DNA from: Prochlorococcus sp. AG-679-M23
Lineage (GTDB): Bacteria > Cyanobacteriota > Cyanobacteriia > PCC-6307 > Cyanobiaceae
Direction of reading: 5' to 3'
Assembly: GCA_003208875.1 (NCBI GenBank)
Contig: QCUR01000011.1
Location: 1-19,231 of the forward strand
Length of the DNA stretch: 19,231 nt
Below the pieces are notes generated by a model. The model saw nothing but the letters and a program-made list of their open reading frames with translations, was not told the DNA's origin and made no database searches. Within the stretch, counting starts at the first letter, position 1. The number at the start of each line of letters is the position of its first letter. Positions 8,705 through 15,390 of the stretch are shown one piece after another. The position numbers and the translations under genes were made by a program.

Positions 8705-9061
8705 TTACTTTTCTTTAAAATCAATAGATGAAATTTTTAACTCTCTTCCTCTTATAATCTCCTCCAAATTCAAATTACAACAAGGTGATTTATAACCATT
8801 CTCTTTTTTTGGGTAGTACGAATTTTTACATTTAGAGCATCTGCCTTCAAAAGGTATTGTCTCAATAGCAATCTCAGAAGAATCTAACCATGAGCCAAAA
8901 ACAGCGGCATTGAAAGTATTAATTAAAGATATTGGCTCTACACAAGTAAATTCTCCAATCTTAAGATTAATTTTTTCAACTACTATTTTTTCTTTATTTT
9001 TTTTCTCTGCCCATTCTTCCATAGAAAGAATCAGGCATTTTGTCATATCTACTTCATGCAC
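8705..9061 (-). CDS. hypA: HypA-type Ni metallochaperone (GhaA-like)
   Basis: N-terminal MHE Ni motif, CSKC...PCC Zn site, GREL C-terminal motif. Confidence 0.93.
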   Translation of the reverse strand: MHEVDMTKCLILSMEEWAEKKNKEKIVVEKINLKIGEFTCVEPISLINTFNAAVFGSWLDSSEIAIETIPFEGRCSKCKNSYYPKKENGYKSPCCNLNLEEIIRGRELKISSIDFKEK

Positions 9062-9067
9062 AATAAT

Positions 9068-10258
9068 TTATCTCCATTTCTTATCAACCGACATATTACA
9101 TTTATCAAAAATCCATTCTGGCTTTGATTTTCTTGGGAGCTGACCACTTACTACAAGGTGCGCGATGGAATCACAAATGACTCTGGTAGCTAGTAAAGCT
9201 GTCATATCGCTTACATCGTATGGGGGAGAAACTTCAACCAACTCAAGTCCACATACATTTACGTTTCTAATAATATATTCTAAAAGTTTTAATGCTTCTC
9301 GAGGTAACAAACCTCCGGGCTCAGGCCAACCGGTTCCTGGTACAAATCCAGCATCAATACAATCTATATCAAAAGAAATATATACACAATCAGTTCCATC
9401 GGTAGCTTTTTCAATGGCAAAATCTGCTGCTTCTTTTAAACCCATATCACAAATATCAGTAACTGTTAAAACATTCGTACTTCGTTCCCTACAAATTTTC
9501 ACTCCTTCTCTTGGGACTTGCCACCCTCCAATTCCTAGTTGTACGAGATTTTTTGCTGGTGCATTTTTCATATTAGTTGCATGAAACCATGGACAGGTAT
9601 GCATTCTTTCATCTAAATCTGTTTCTTGAGTATCCACATGTCTATCAAAGTGAATAATTCCAACTTTTTTATCCCCTAAATGGCGACAAACTCCTCTTAC
9701 TGTCGGGAAACCTATCGAATGATCCCCTCCTAATATGATTGGGAACGCACCACTTGCAAAAATATGAGCGACACCTTTTGAAATTTGATCAAAACTTTTT
9801 TCATTATTTGCTGGAATTGTAAAAATATCTCCCACGTCACATATAGAAATTTGCTCTCTAAGGTCAACTCCCATTTCGTAATTATAGGGCGTGTAAAGAG
9901 CAGAAATTTTTCTTATACCTTGAGGACCAAATCTTGTTCCTGGTCTATATGTAGTTCCTGAATCATGCGGTACTCCAACTATCGCAACATCATAATTTCC
10001 TACTTCATTTACATTTTCAACATATGGGGCTTTCATAAATGTATTTATCCCCGCAAAATGAGGTAACTCACCTCTTGAAAAAGTAGATATTTTTCTATCG
10101 ACTATACTTTTAGCAGCTTCCAAACCATATTCTTTAGCCCGAGCAACTTCATTTTCCCATCCTTTGAGAGGCAATTTTGATTCCTTATCTAAGGCATCCA
10201 TCCCCTCGCTAGGATGTTTCCTCTCAAATTCAGAATTTTGATTTGATTCAGTTGTCAC
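9068..10258 (-). CDS. gdmH: Ni-dependent guanidine hydrolase (ureohydrolase family, Sll1077-like)
   Basis: GGDHS, HFDRHVD and SFDIDCID metal motifs. RMHTCPW, TGWPEPGG and the long N-terminal extension (TFSRGELPH) match my recollection of Synechocystis Sll1077. Followed by hypA/hypB/ABC as in sll1077-1082. GTG start. Confidence 0.9.
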   Translation of the reverse strand: MTTESNQNSEFERKHPSEGMDALDKESKLPLKGWENEVARAKEYGLEAAKSIVDRKISTFSRGELPHFAGINTFMKAPYVENVNEVGNYDVAIVGVPHDSGTTYRPGTRFGPQGIRKISALYTPYNYEMGVDLREQISICDVGDIFTIPANNEKSFDQISKGVAHIFASGAFPIILGGDHSIGFPTVRGVCRHLGDKKVGIIHFDRHVDTQETDLDERMHTCPWFHATNMKNAPAKNLVQLGIGGWQVPREGVKICRERSTNVLTVTDICDMGLKEAADFAIEKATDGTDCVYISFDIDCIDAGFVPGTGWPEPGGLLPREALKLLEYIIRNVNVCGLELVEVSPPYDVSDMTALLATRVICDSIAHLVVSGQLPRKSKPEWIFDKCNMSVDKKWR

Positions 10259-10527
10259 AGTTTTAAAAAAATTTTTTCATCTAAATTAATACTGTCAATA
10301 AAAATCAAATCAAACCATAAATTGATAAAAAAAATCTTTTAGCTTTTTTATTCTGACAGAAATTTGTGAAGTATTTTATTTACTGAAGAAAATATAGATA
10401 TTAACCCCCTACCCTTCCACACTTTTTTAAATTGATAATTTAATAGATAATAAACTTATAAAAGCAACTCTTAAAGAATTTAATTCATGATTCATCCACG
10501 AGTAGAATTTTCTGATAATCCACTGAC

Positions 10528-10625
10528 ATGACAGAACTTAATTACTGGCTAATGCAAAGTGTACACTTCTAACTATTAATGGGATCTGAAGTTTTACACT
10601 TAATTTAACCAAACTTTAACCAAAC
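10528..10625 (+). repeat. EVE-gene 5' fragment / att-like scar, copy 1
   Basis: Encodes MTELNYWLMQS; core TACTGGCTAATG at 10543-10554; tandem TTTAACCAAAC x2 at 10604-10625. Confidence 0.75.
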
Positions 10626-10737
10626 TTTTAATTGATTTGTATTCGGTTAATATTATTCAAAAAGTTCAATCAAGTGCTGACAGATATTTAAAAACTAAAT
10701 ACTATAAGTCTAAATAATTTTCTAGAAATTCAAATTC

Positions 10738-11163
10738 ATGATCAAGAATTTATTCATAGCATTGGCTTTTGCATTAATGCTTATCAACCCAAGCATTTCT
10801 ATAGCTGCAGAATCTCCTGTTGATGTACAAGAAATCTTCACCTCTTCAGAAAACATCGATGGAGATAATTTTAAGTATCCAAAAGGAAAAGCTGAAATGC
10901 GTTTGATTAGAGTAGAAGTTGAAAATGGAGCCACTATACCTATGCATTCTCATCCTGTACCTTTACTGGGTCATATTGAAAGTGGTGAATTAACTCTTGC
11001 TGAAAAGACAGGTATTAGTAAAACCTTTAAGGAAGGAGATTCATTTGTTCTCTCAGCAAATACTCCTGCTCATACAATGGCTAATAGTGGCGATTCGTCA
11101 GCAGTTATGTGGGTTGCTGTGGCTTCAGCAGAAGGTTTACCTACTTTGAATCCTGAAGAATAA
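10738..11163 (+). CDS. Secreted cupin-domain protein
   Basis: Signal peptide (SIA/AES); cupin motifs PMHSHP...ESGEL and EGDSF...PAH. Confidence 0.85.
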   Translation: MIKNLFIALAFALMLINPSISIAAESPVDVQEIFTSSENIDGDNFKYPKGKAEMRLIRVEVENGATIPMHSHPVPLLGHIESGELTLAEKTGISKTFKEGDSFVLSANTPAHTMANSGDSSAVMWVAVASAEGLPTLNPEE

Positions 11164-11170
11164 ATCAACC

Positions 11171-11219
11171 TGATTGACAGTTAATCTAAAATAAGGGGCA
11201 ATTAGCTCCTTTTTTAATG
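11171..11219 (+). promoter_or_regulatory. Conserved 46-nt leader (TGATTGACA-N4-ATCTAAA, hairpin, T-run, ATG), copy 1
   Basis: Aligns without gaps to 14178-14226. Confidence 0.55.
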
Positions 11220-11600
11220 TCAAATACTAAAGCCATAGAAGATTTAATTAATGGTTATGCAACCAGTGAAGATTCTTCTTTTCTAATACCAAATGTAACT
11301 GAGGATTTTTTAGCTGTAAGACCAAGTGGAAATCCAATATCTGCTAAGGGATTAGTGGGAATGTTTGATAGTAAAGACTTAGTTGCAGAATCATCAGAAT
11401 TAATCAAAACCCACAAAATTGAAATTTACGGTGAGATAGCTTACGCAGTTTTTACTTTAAATGAAATCTTCAGTTATAAAGGAAATAAAAATAAAGATCT
11501 TTCAACTTATACTTGCATTTTTAAAAATTTTAATGGTACTTGGAAGTATTCTTGGATGCAAAGATCTCAAGGCATTACTGATATGACCACATGGGAATAA
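11217..11600 (+). CDS. NTF2/SnoaL-like protein (DUF3804-like)
   Basis: 127 aa; FLAVRPSGNPISAKG...WKYSWMQRS pattern recalled for this family. Confidence 0.8.
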   Translation: MSNTKAIEDLINGYATSEDSSFLIPNVTEDFLAVRPSGNPISAKGLVGMFDSKDLVAESSELIKTHKIEIYGEIAYAVFTLNEIFSYKGNKNKDLSTYTCIFKNFNGTWKYSWMQRSQGITDMTTWE

Positions 11601-11763
11601 ATGAAACGCTTATTATTTTTGGATCTTCTATAAACATTTCAATAAAAAGGATTTAATAATTCATATATTTTGAGTTTTTTAATGCTAAAGATAATTAAAT
11701 TTAGATACAAACAAATCTGGATGGATGAAATGATAATTAGGAAAAATTTAGATAAAAAAATAA

Positions 11764-11904
11764 TTAAATTTCGCAGCCCCGATATGAGGGGTTCTCTTCA
11801 CACTTCAGTTTCCAATAAATTACTTTAATATTAGCTCCGTTATCTATGTTGTTAATAGTCCTAAAGTATTTAGGAATAATTGCATAAGGAACTCTTTTAT
11901 TCAT
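11764..11904 (-). CDS. 46-aa microprotein with CP12-like C-x3-P-x4-C motif
   Basis: MNKRVPYAIIPKYFRTINNIDNGANIKVIYWKLKCEENPSYRGCEI*; SD AGGAGGA; YW-x3-C matches 492-644. Confidence 0.78.
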   Translation of the reverse strand: MNKRVPYAIIPKYFRTINNIDNGANIKVIYWKLKCEENPSYRGCEI

Positions 11905-11919
11905 GATTTCCTCCTACTC

Positions 11920-11998
11920 ACTACACCTATGTTCTAACTACTAACGCATATCATTTATGAGTATCAGTATGTACGGTTTAAGGAAGAATAAAGTACGG
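11920..11998 (-). promoter_or_regulatory. Class 1 upstream element, copy 2
   Basis: On the minus strand: CCGTAC-N16-CCGTAC, then TTAGAACATAGGTGTAGT; homologous to 399-476. Confidence 0.6.
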
Positions 11999-12052
11999 GA
12001 AGAAGACCAAATTTTGAGACTGTTATTTAATTGCCAGTCCTAGGATTAATAC

Positions 12053-12098
12053 ATGGTTGTCATGAGGCAGTTGCAGGGATACAACTGAAGCCAACCAT
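12053..12098 (+). other. Long hairpin in probable 5' UTR
   Basis: ATGGTTG/CAACCAT outer stem and CAGTTG/CAACTG inner stem, 24 nt before ATG 12123. Confidence 0.45.
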
Positions 12099-12122
12099 AA
12101 AATATAAATTGCATAATTAAAT

Positions 12123-12305
12123 ATGACTTATTACAGTTGCTTCGATCAAAATGGACAGATTATTGCTAGATGTCAAACTTTTCAAGATATTGAAGTTTTA
12201 AAAAAAATGGGGAGACCAATAGTAGAAATAAAAGAGATGAAGAATGAGGAATTGGTTGTCTGTTCATTAACCGGAAGTCCATCTGATTTCAACATGGATT
12301 ACTAA
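12123..12305 (+). CDS. Small Cys-containing hypothetical protein
   Basis: 60-aa ORF with three Cys (YSC, ARC, VCSLTGSP). Confidence 0.75.
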   Translation: MTYYSCFDQNGQIIARCQTFQDIEVLKKMGRPIVEIKEMKNEELVVCSLTGSPSDFNMDY

Positions 12306-12440
12306 AAAATTTTTTATTAAAACAAACCATAAACAATTTGAGATTCATCAAAATAGAAAACATACTAAATTTGTTTTTTGTATTTTTTATAACTTCTTTT
12401 TAGTATTCATTGGTCAGAATGAAATTCCATTAAATATATT

Positions 12441-12584
12441 ATGTCAAAAGATTTAGATGATAATTCTTATGAAAAAAGAATTGAAAATATAGAAAAAGGT
12501 AAATCTTATTTAAATTCAAATGGTTTTTTTCGTTCTAAATCAAACCTTTTTGAAGATATACAAAGATTCATTTATAAAAAGTAA
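12441..12584 (+). CDS. 47-aa hypothetical microprotein
   Basis: MSKDLDDNSYEKRIENIEKGKSYLNSNGFFRSKSNLFEDIQRFIYKK*; no family recognised. Confidence 0.45.
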   Translation: MSKDLDDNSYEKRIENIEKGKSYLNSNGFFRSKSNLFEDIQRFIYKK

Positions 12585-12720
12585 AAGGTAAGTAACCCTC
12601 ACTACTAACTAAAAAAAATAAAGAGTTATAAAATTTTAAGAGGTATATAAACCACAAAAATAAAATTTAGACAAAAAATTATGAGCAAGAGCTTTCATTA
12701 AGCTAAAAAAAGATTATTCT

Positions 12721-12891
12721 TTAAATGAAGTAATTATTTGTTTCTTTATTAAAAGTCATTTCTTGAGCCCCCTTCATGCATCCTCCAGCTGGGTAGCTAA
12801 TAACCTTTTTTGATATTGCACCGATACCTATAGCGACAATAGAAATACCTAATATTGCTTTTGATCTTTTGCTCGCGAGAAGAGATTTCAT
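12721..12891 (-). CDS. 56-aa hypothetical protein with signal/TM segment
   Basis: MKSLLASKRSKAILGISIVAIGIGAISKKVISYPAGGCMKGAQEMTFNKETNNYFI*; co-oriented downstream of clpS. Confidence 0.55.
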   Translation of the reverse strand: MKSLLASKRSKAILGISIVAIGIGAISKKVISYPAGGCMKGAQEMTFNKETNNYFI

Positions 12892-12944
12892 TGAGATTTT
12901 GTATTTATTAAATAATAGGAATATTGACTTTTATTATGTGGATT

Positions 12945-13241
12945 TTAAGCAGCTTCAATTGGTGCCATTGTTAATCCCCTGATAACCAGTTGCTCGTGGT
13001 ATAATTCTGCCTGTTCAAGGTTCCCTCTCCATACTTCCGCCAAACCTGACTTGTCTACTTGAATGGCAAGATTCCATGATCTTTTTTCACTCATTCCTGG
13101 AATAATTACTAGCAGGCAATTAGCAACATGTTCAAAAGTATTAAAATTATCATCTAAAACTATTACTCGTGCTTCCGGATATTTTGTTTTTTTTATCTTT
13201 GGTTCTAAGACCGTTGTGGGTGATGTGGTAGAAAGGTCCAT
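12945..13241 (-). CDS. clpS: ATP-dependent Clp protease adaptor ClpS
   Basis: VIVLDDNFNTFEHVANCL N-degron pocket motif; QVDKSGLAEVW...AELYHEQL...GLTMAP typical of cyanobacterial ClpS. Confidence 0.92.
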   Translation of the reverse strand: MDLSTTSPTTVLEPKIKKTKYPEARVIVLDDNFNTFEHVANCLLVIIPGMSEKRSWNLAIQVDKSGLAEVWRGNLEQAELYHEQLVIRGLTMAPIEAA

Positions 13242-13352
13242 CTTTACTGCTTTTGTTTTAGCTTTAGATCTACTATTAATTTTTTTAAATTCTAGCTTTC
13301 TTTCAAGTCTACGGAGACCAGACCATGTTGCGGTTTTCCGTTTAGACGATAA

Positions 13353-13438
13353 AACTACTGGCTAATGAAGAGTGATCCAGTTTGATATCAGAGGGGTTCT
13401 CAAGGATTTATAATTATTTACCCAAACTTTACCCAAAC
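13353..13438 (+). repeat. EVE-gene 5' fragment / att-like scar, copy 2
   Basis: AACTACTGGCTAATGAAGAGTGATCCA (NYWLMKSDP); tandem TTTACCCAAAC x2 at 13417-13438. Confidence 0.75.
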
Positions 13439-13497
13439 CTTTTATTGATTAACCGTAAATTTAAAAAAGAAGTAATTAACTCCATTTTATATGACGA

Positions 13498-13986
13498 CTA
13501 AGGGGTAACTTTATCAAAAATCTCTTCTTGGATATTCTCTCCAAAGGAATAGACCTCATAACTTTTGTAATGATCGTGAGAGTGTGAACCATTATTGTGT
13601 ACTTCCATTCCTGGAGAACCATGAGGCATCCCTGGTACAGCAATACCTGCAATGGTTGGAGATTTTAAATTTAACTTTTTAATTGATTCAAAAGGCACAT
13701 GACCCTCTATAAGATAATTTCCCATTTTTGCTGTGTGACAAGACCTGAAATTATTTGGAATTGAATATTGATCTTTAATTAATGAGATATCTTCAACAAT
13801 ATTATCGACAACTTCTAAACCATTACTCCTTAAATGGTTAACCCATTTTTTACAACAACCACAAGAACCTGATCTATATGAAATAATTTTTGGGAAATTC
13901 AGATTATTTTCACTTTTTATTGGTGCAGCTTTTAAAGCTGGAGTAAATATTAAAAGTGCAAGTACTGAAAAAAATGATTTTTTCAC
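13498..13986 (-). CDS. DUF411 (CopG-like) periplasmic metal-binding protein
   Basis: Signal peptide; CGCC..W, SCHTA, IEGHVP and GIAVPGMPHGSPGME motifs; His-rich insert. Confidence 0.9.
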   Translation of the reverse strand: MKKSFFSVLALLIFTPALKAAPIKSENNLNFPKIISYRSGSCGCCKKWVNHLRSNGLEVVDNIVEDISLIKDQYSIPNNFRSCHTAKMGNYLIEGHVPFESIKKLNLKSPTIAGIAVPGMPHGSPGMEVHNNGSHSHDHYKSYEVYSFGENIQEEIFDKVTP

Positions 13987-14110
13987 AAAGGTTGTTTGAC
14001 TGTTTTTCTATTTTATATATTTTCCTATTTTAAAACTGAAATTTAATATTAAAAATCCTTATTTGAAGAGTTTTAACAATAGGTTCTGAATTTTTTAAAG
14101 TATAATTTTT

Positions 14111-14164
14111 TTGGTGTTTCTTTGGAAGAGTTTCACCAAGAGGGGCTAATTTTAGCCCCTTTTA
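14111..14164 (+). ncRNA. Candidate small two-hairpin RNA ending in an intrinsic terminator
   Basis: TATAAT at 14101-14106; stem TTGGTG/CACCAA; terminator AGGGGCTAA-TT-TTAGCCCCT followed by a T run. Confidence 0.35.
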
Positions 14165-14177
14165 TCTAAAATATCTT

Positions 14178-14226
14178 TGATTGACATTCGATCTAAACTG
14201 GAGGGATAAAACTCTCTTTTTTAATG
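14178..14226 (+). promoter_or_regulatory. Conserved 46-nt leader, copy 2
   Basis: TGATTGACAttcgATCTAAA, GAGGG/CTCTC hairpin, TTTTTTAATG. Confidence 0.55.
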
Positions 14227-14379
14227 GCAAATCCAGATCAAAAAACGATATTAATAGAGCAGGCTTATGAGGAAATTAAAGAAATTTGTAATAAATTCCA
14301 AGAAGACTCTGGAGCTTCAGATATGGAAGTAAAAACTTTATTAAGAGAACTTGCTAGAGTTTGGGAAAAAGAAAATTAA
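14224..14379 (+). CDS. 51-aa helical hypothetical protein
   Basis: MANPDQKTILIEQAYEEIKEICNKFQEDSGASDMEVKTLLRELARVWEKEN*. Confidence 0.7.
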   Translation: MANPDQKTILIEQAYEEIKEICNKFQEDSGASDMEVKTLLRELARVWEKEN

Positions 14380-14493
14380 ATGGAATTAGTGCATCAAATA
14401 TTTCCTCCTTGGCATATCTATATGGATGTATTTCTTCTTGGTGTTGGTTTATATGTTTATCTAAGAATTACTAAAAAAATAAATACAAAATAA
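14380..14493 (+). CDS. 37-aa single-TM microprotein, copy A
   Basis: MELVHQIFPPWHIYMDVFLLGVGLYVYLRITKKINTK*; differs from copy B by 6 synonymous and 3 conservative codon changes. Confidence 0.7.
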   Translation: MELVHQIFPPWHIYMDVFLLGVGLYVYLRITKKINTK

Positions 14494-14683
14494 ATGAAAC
14501 GCTAACTAAGCTGTTTCTATATTTTTTCTAAACTTTCTTCGACCAAATATCTTCGATAAACTAAATAAAATACTTTGGATTTAGCTGGCTTATGAAAAAG
14601 TTCACAAAATGCTATGCCAGCAACCCTATTTACCGTAAATCATAGTCTATGACTGAACCTAACTACTGGCTAATGAAAAGTGA
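14380..14683 (+). repeat. ~300-bp direct repeat, copy A
   Basis: Colinear with 16858-17171; ends inside the EVE fragment. Confidence 0.9.
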
Positions 14684-14748
14684 GCCTGTCTAGCTATTAC
14701 TGGAATCTCAAGAATTCTAAATTTTCTATTCACACTTTATTCACACTT
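14649..14748 (+). repeat. EVE-gene 5' fragment / att-like scar, copy 3
   Basis: MTEPNYWLMKSEPV*; tandem TATTCACACTT x2 at 14727-14748. Confidence 0.8.
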
Positions 14749-14806
14749 TTGCAGACTGAAAAACTAACCGATATTGACTTCGGTCAGTTGGTATATTTCT
14801 AACCAA

Positions 14807-14974
14807 ATGCAAGATTGGATTGTGAGTAGAAAACCTGACTATCCTATTCTGGAAGAATGTATTGCTTGGGTAGAAGAAAAGTTAAAGAGAGATGGATCGG
14901 ACTATAAATTAACAAAACAAGATCTTGATGATATTGAAACTACTTATGAATTTCAAACTAGTGATTTAAATTAA
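14807..14974 (+). CDS. Hypothetical acidic small protein
   Basis: MQDWIVSRKPDYP...; ATG 14807 preferred to TTG 14774. Confidence 0.6.
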   Translation: MQDWIVSRKPDYPILEECIAWVEEKLKRDGSDYKLTKQDLDDIETTYEFQTSDLN

Positions 14975-14977
14975 ATT

Positions 14978-15154
14978 TTAAACTCTTTCTTTAAATGATT
15001 TTTTAAAAAGAGTATTTGGTTTTTCTGAAGCAGTTTTCTTAAGATATTCAGGAATATAACTATATGAAACTAATTTCTCATCAGCATTATGAAAGTAGTT
15101 TTGAAATTCATTAAAGTACTTCTGGGGTAGAGTGAGAGGTTTTTTAATCTTCAT
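14978..15154 (-). CDS. 58-aa microprotein, N-terminus similar to the C-x8-C family but lacking Cys
   Basis: Start reassigned to MKIKKPLTLPQKYFNE (SD AGGAG upstream); compare MKLQTQFTVPHKQLRD and MNKRVPYAIIPKYFRT. Confidence 0.65.
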   Translation of the reverse strand: MKIKKPLTLPQKYFNEFQNYFHNADEKLVSYSYIPEYLKKTASEKPNTLFKKSFKERV

Positions 15155-15168
15155 TTTTATTCTCCTGA

Positions 15169-15351
15169 TTAGTAATGAAAATATGGAATTTCTTCTGATG
15201 GCTTTGGAACAAAAGAACAAATTCCAAATTGCATGCATTCCATTTGGTCATCATTTAAAGCTCTCGAGTTTGAATTCCGACCTGAGAATGTATCTAGAAA
15301 AAAATGTATTGTATTTTGAATCTTATGTTTATAAGGATTTCCGTAAGACAT
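15169..15351 (-). CDS. 60-aa hypothetical protein with C-x5-C
   Basis: Strong SD AAGGAGG in the leader TCAAGGAGGTTAATCATG; ECMQFGIC motif. Confidence 0.7.
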   Translation of the reverse strand: MSYGNPYKHKIQNTIHFFLDTFSGRNSNSRALNDDQMECMQFGICSFVPKPSEEIPYFHY

Positions 15352-15390
15352 GATTAACCTCCTTGATTTTTTGAAAATTTTTAAACCCTA

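Noticed and set aside
7984..9061. Hydrogenase maturation locus
   Set aside because: No hydrogenase or other hyp genes; the position directly behind a gdmH-like gene fits GhaA/GhaB.
7501..9584. ORFs 7501-7692, 8910-9143 and 9165-9584 (+)
   Set aside because: Antisense shadows of the SBP, hypA and gdmH.
9068..10258. Plain agmatinase (speB)
   Set aside because: The N-terminal extension, HTCPW/GWPEPGG residues and Ni-chaperone neighbours fit GdmH better.
10722..10934. 70-aa minus ORF
   Set aside because: Antisense to the cupin gene.
11961..11974. GTA-N8-TAC as an NtcA site for the C-x8-C gene
   Set aside because: It overlaps the CCGTAC box, is not conserved in the homologous promoter at 399-476, and lacks a correctly spaced TAN3T.
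13063..13365. 100-aa + ORF
   Set aside because: Antisense to clpS.
15132..15353. 73-aa + ORF and the long start (15238) of the 14978 ORF
   Set aside because: Minus-strand genes with strong SD sites (starts 15351 and 15154) explain the region better.
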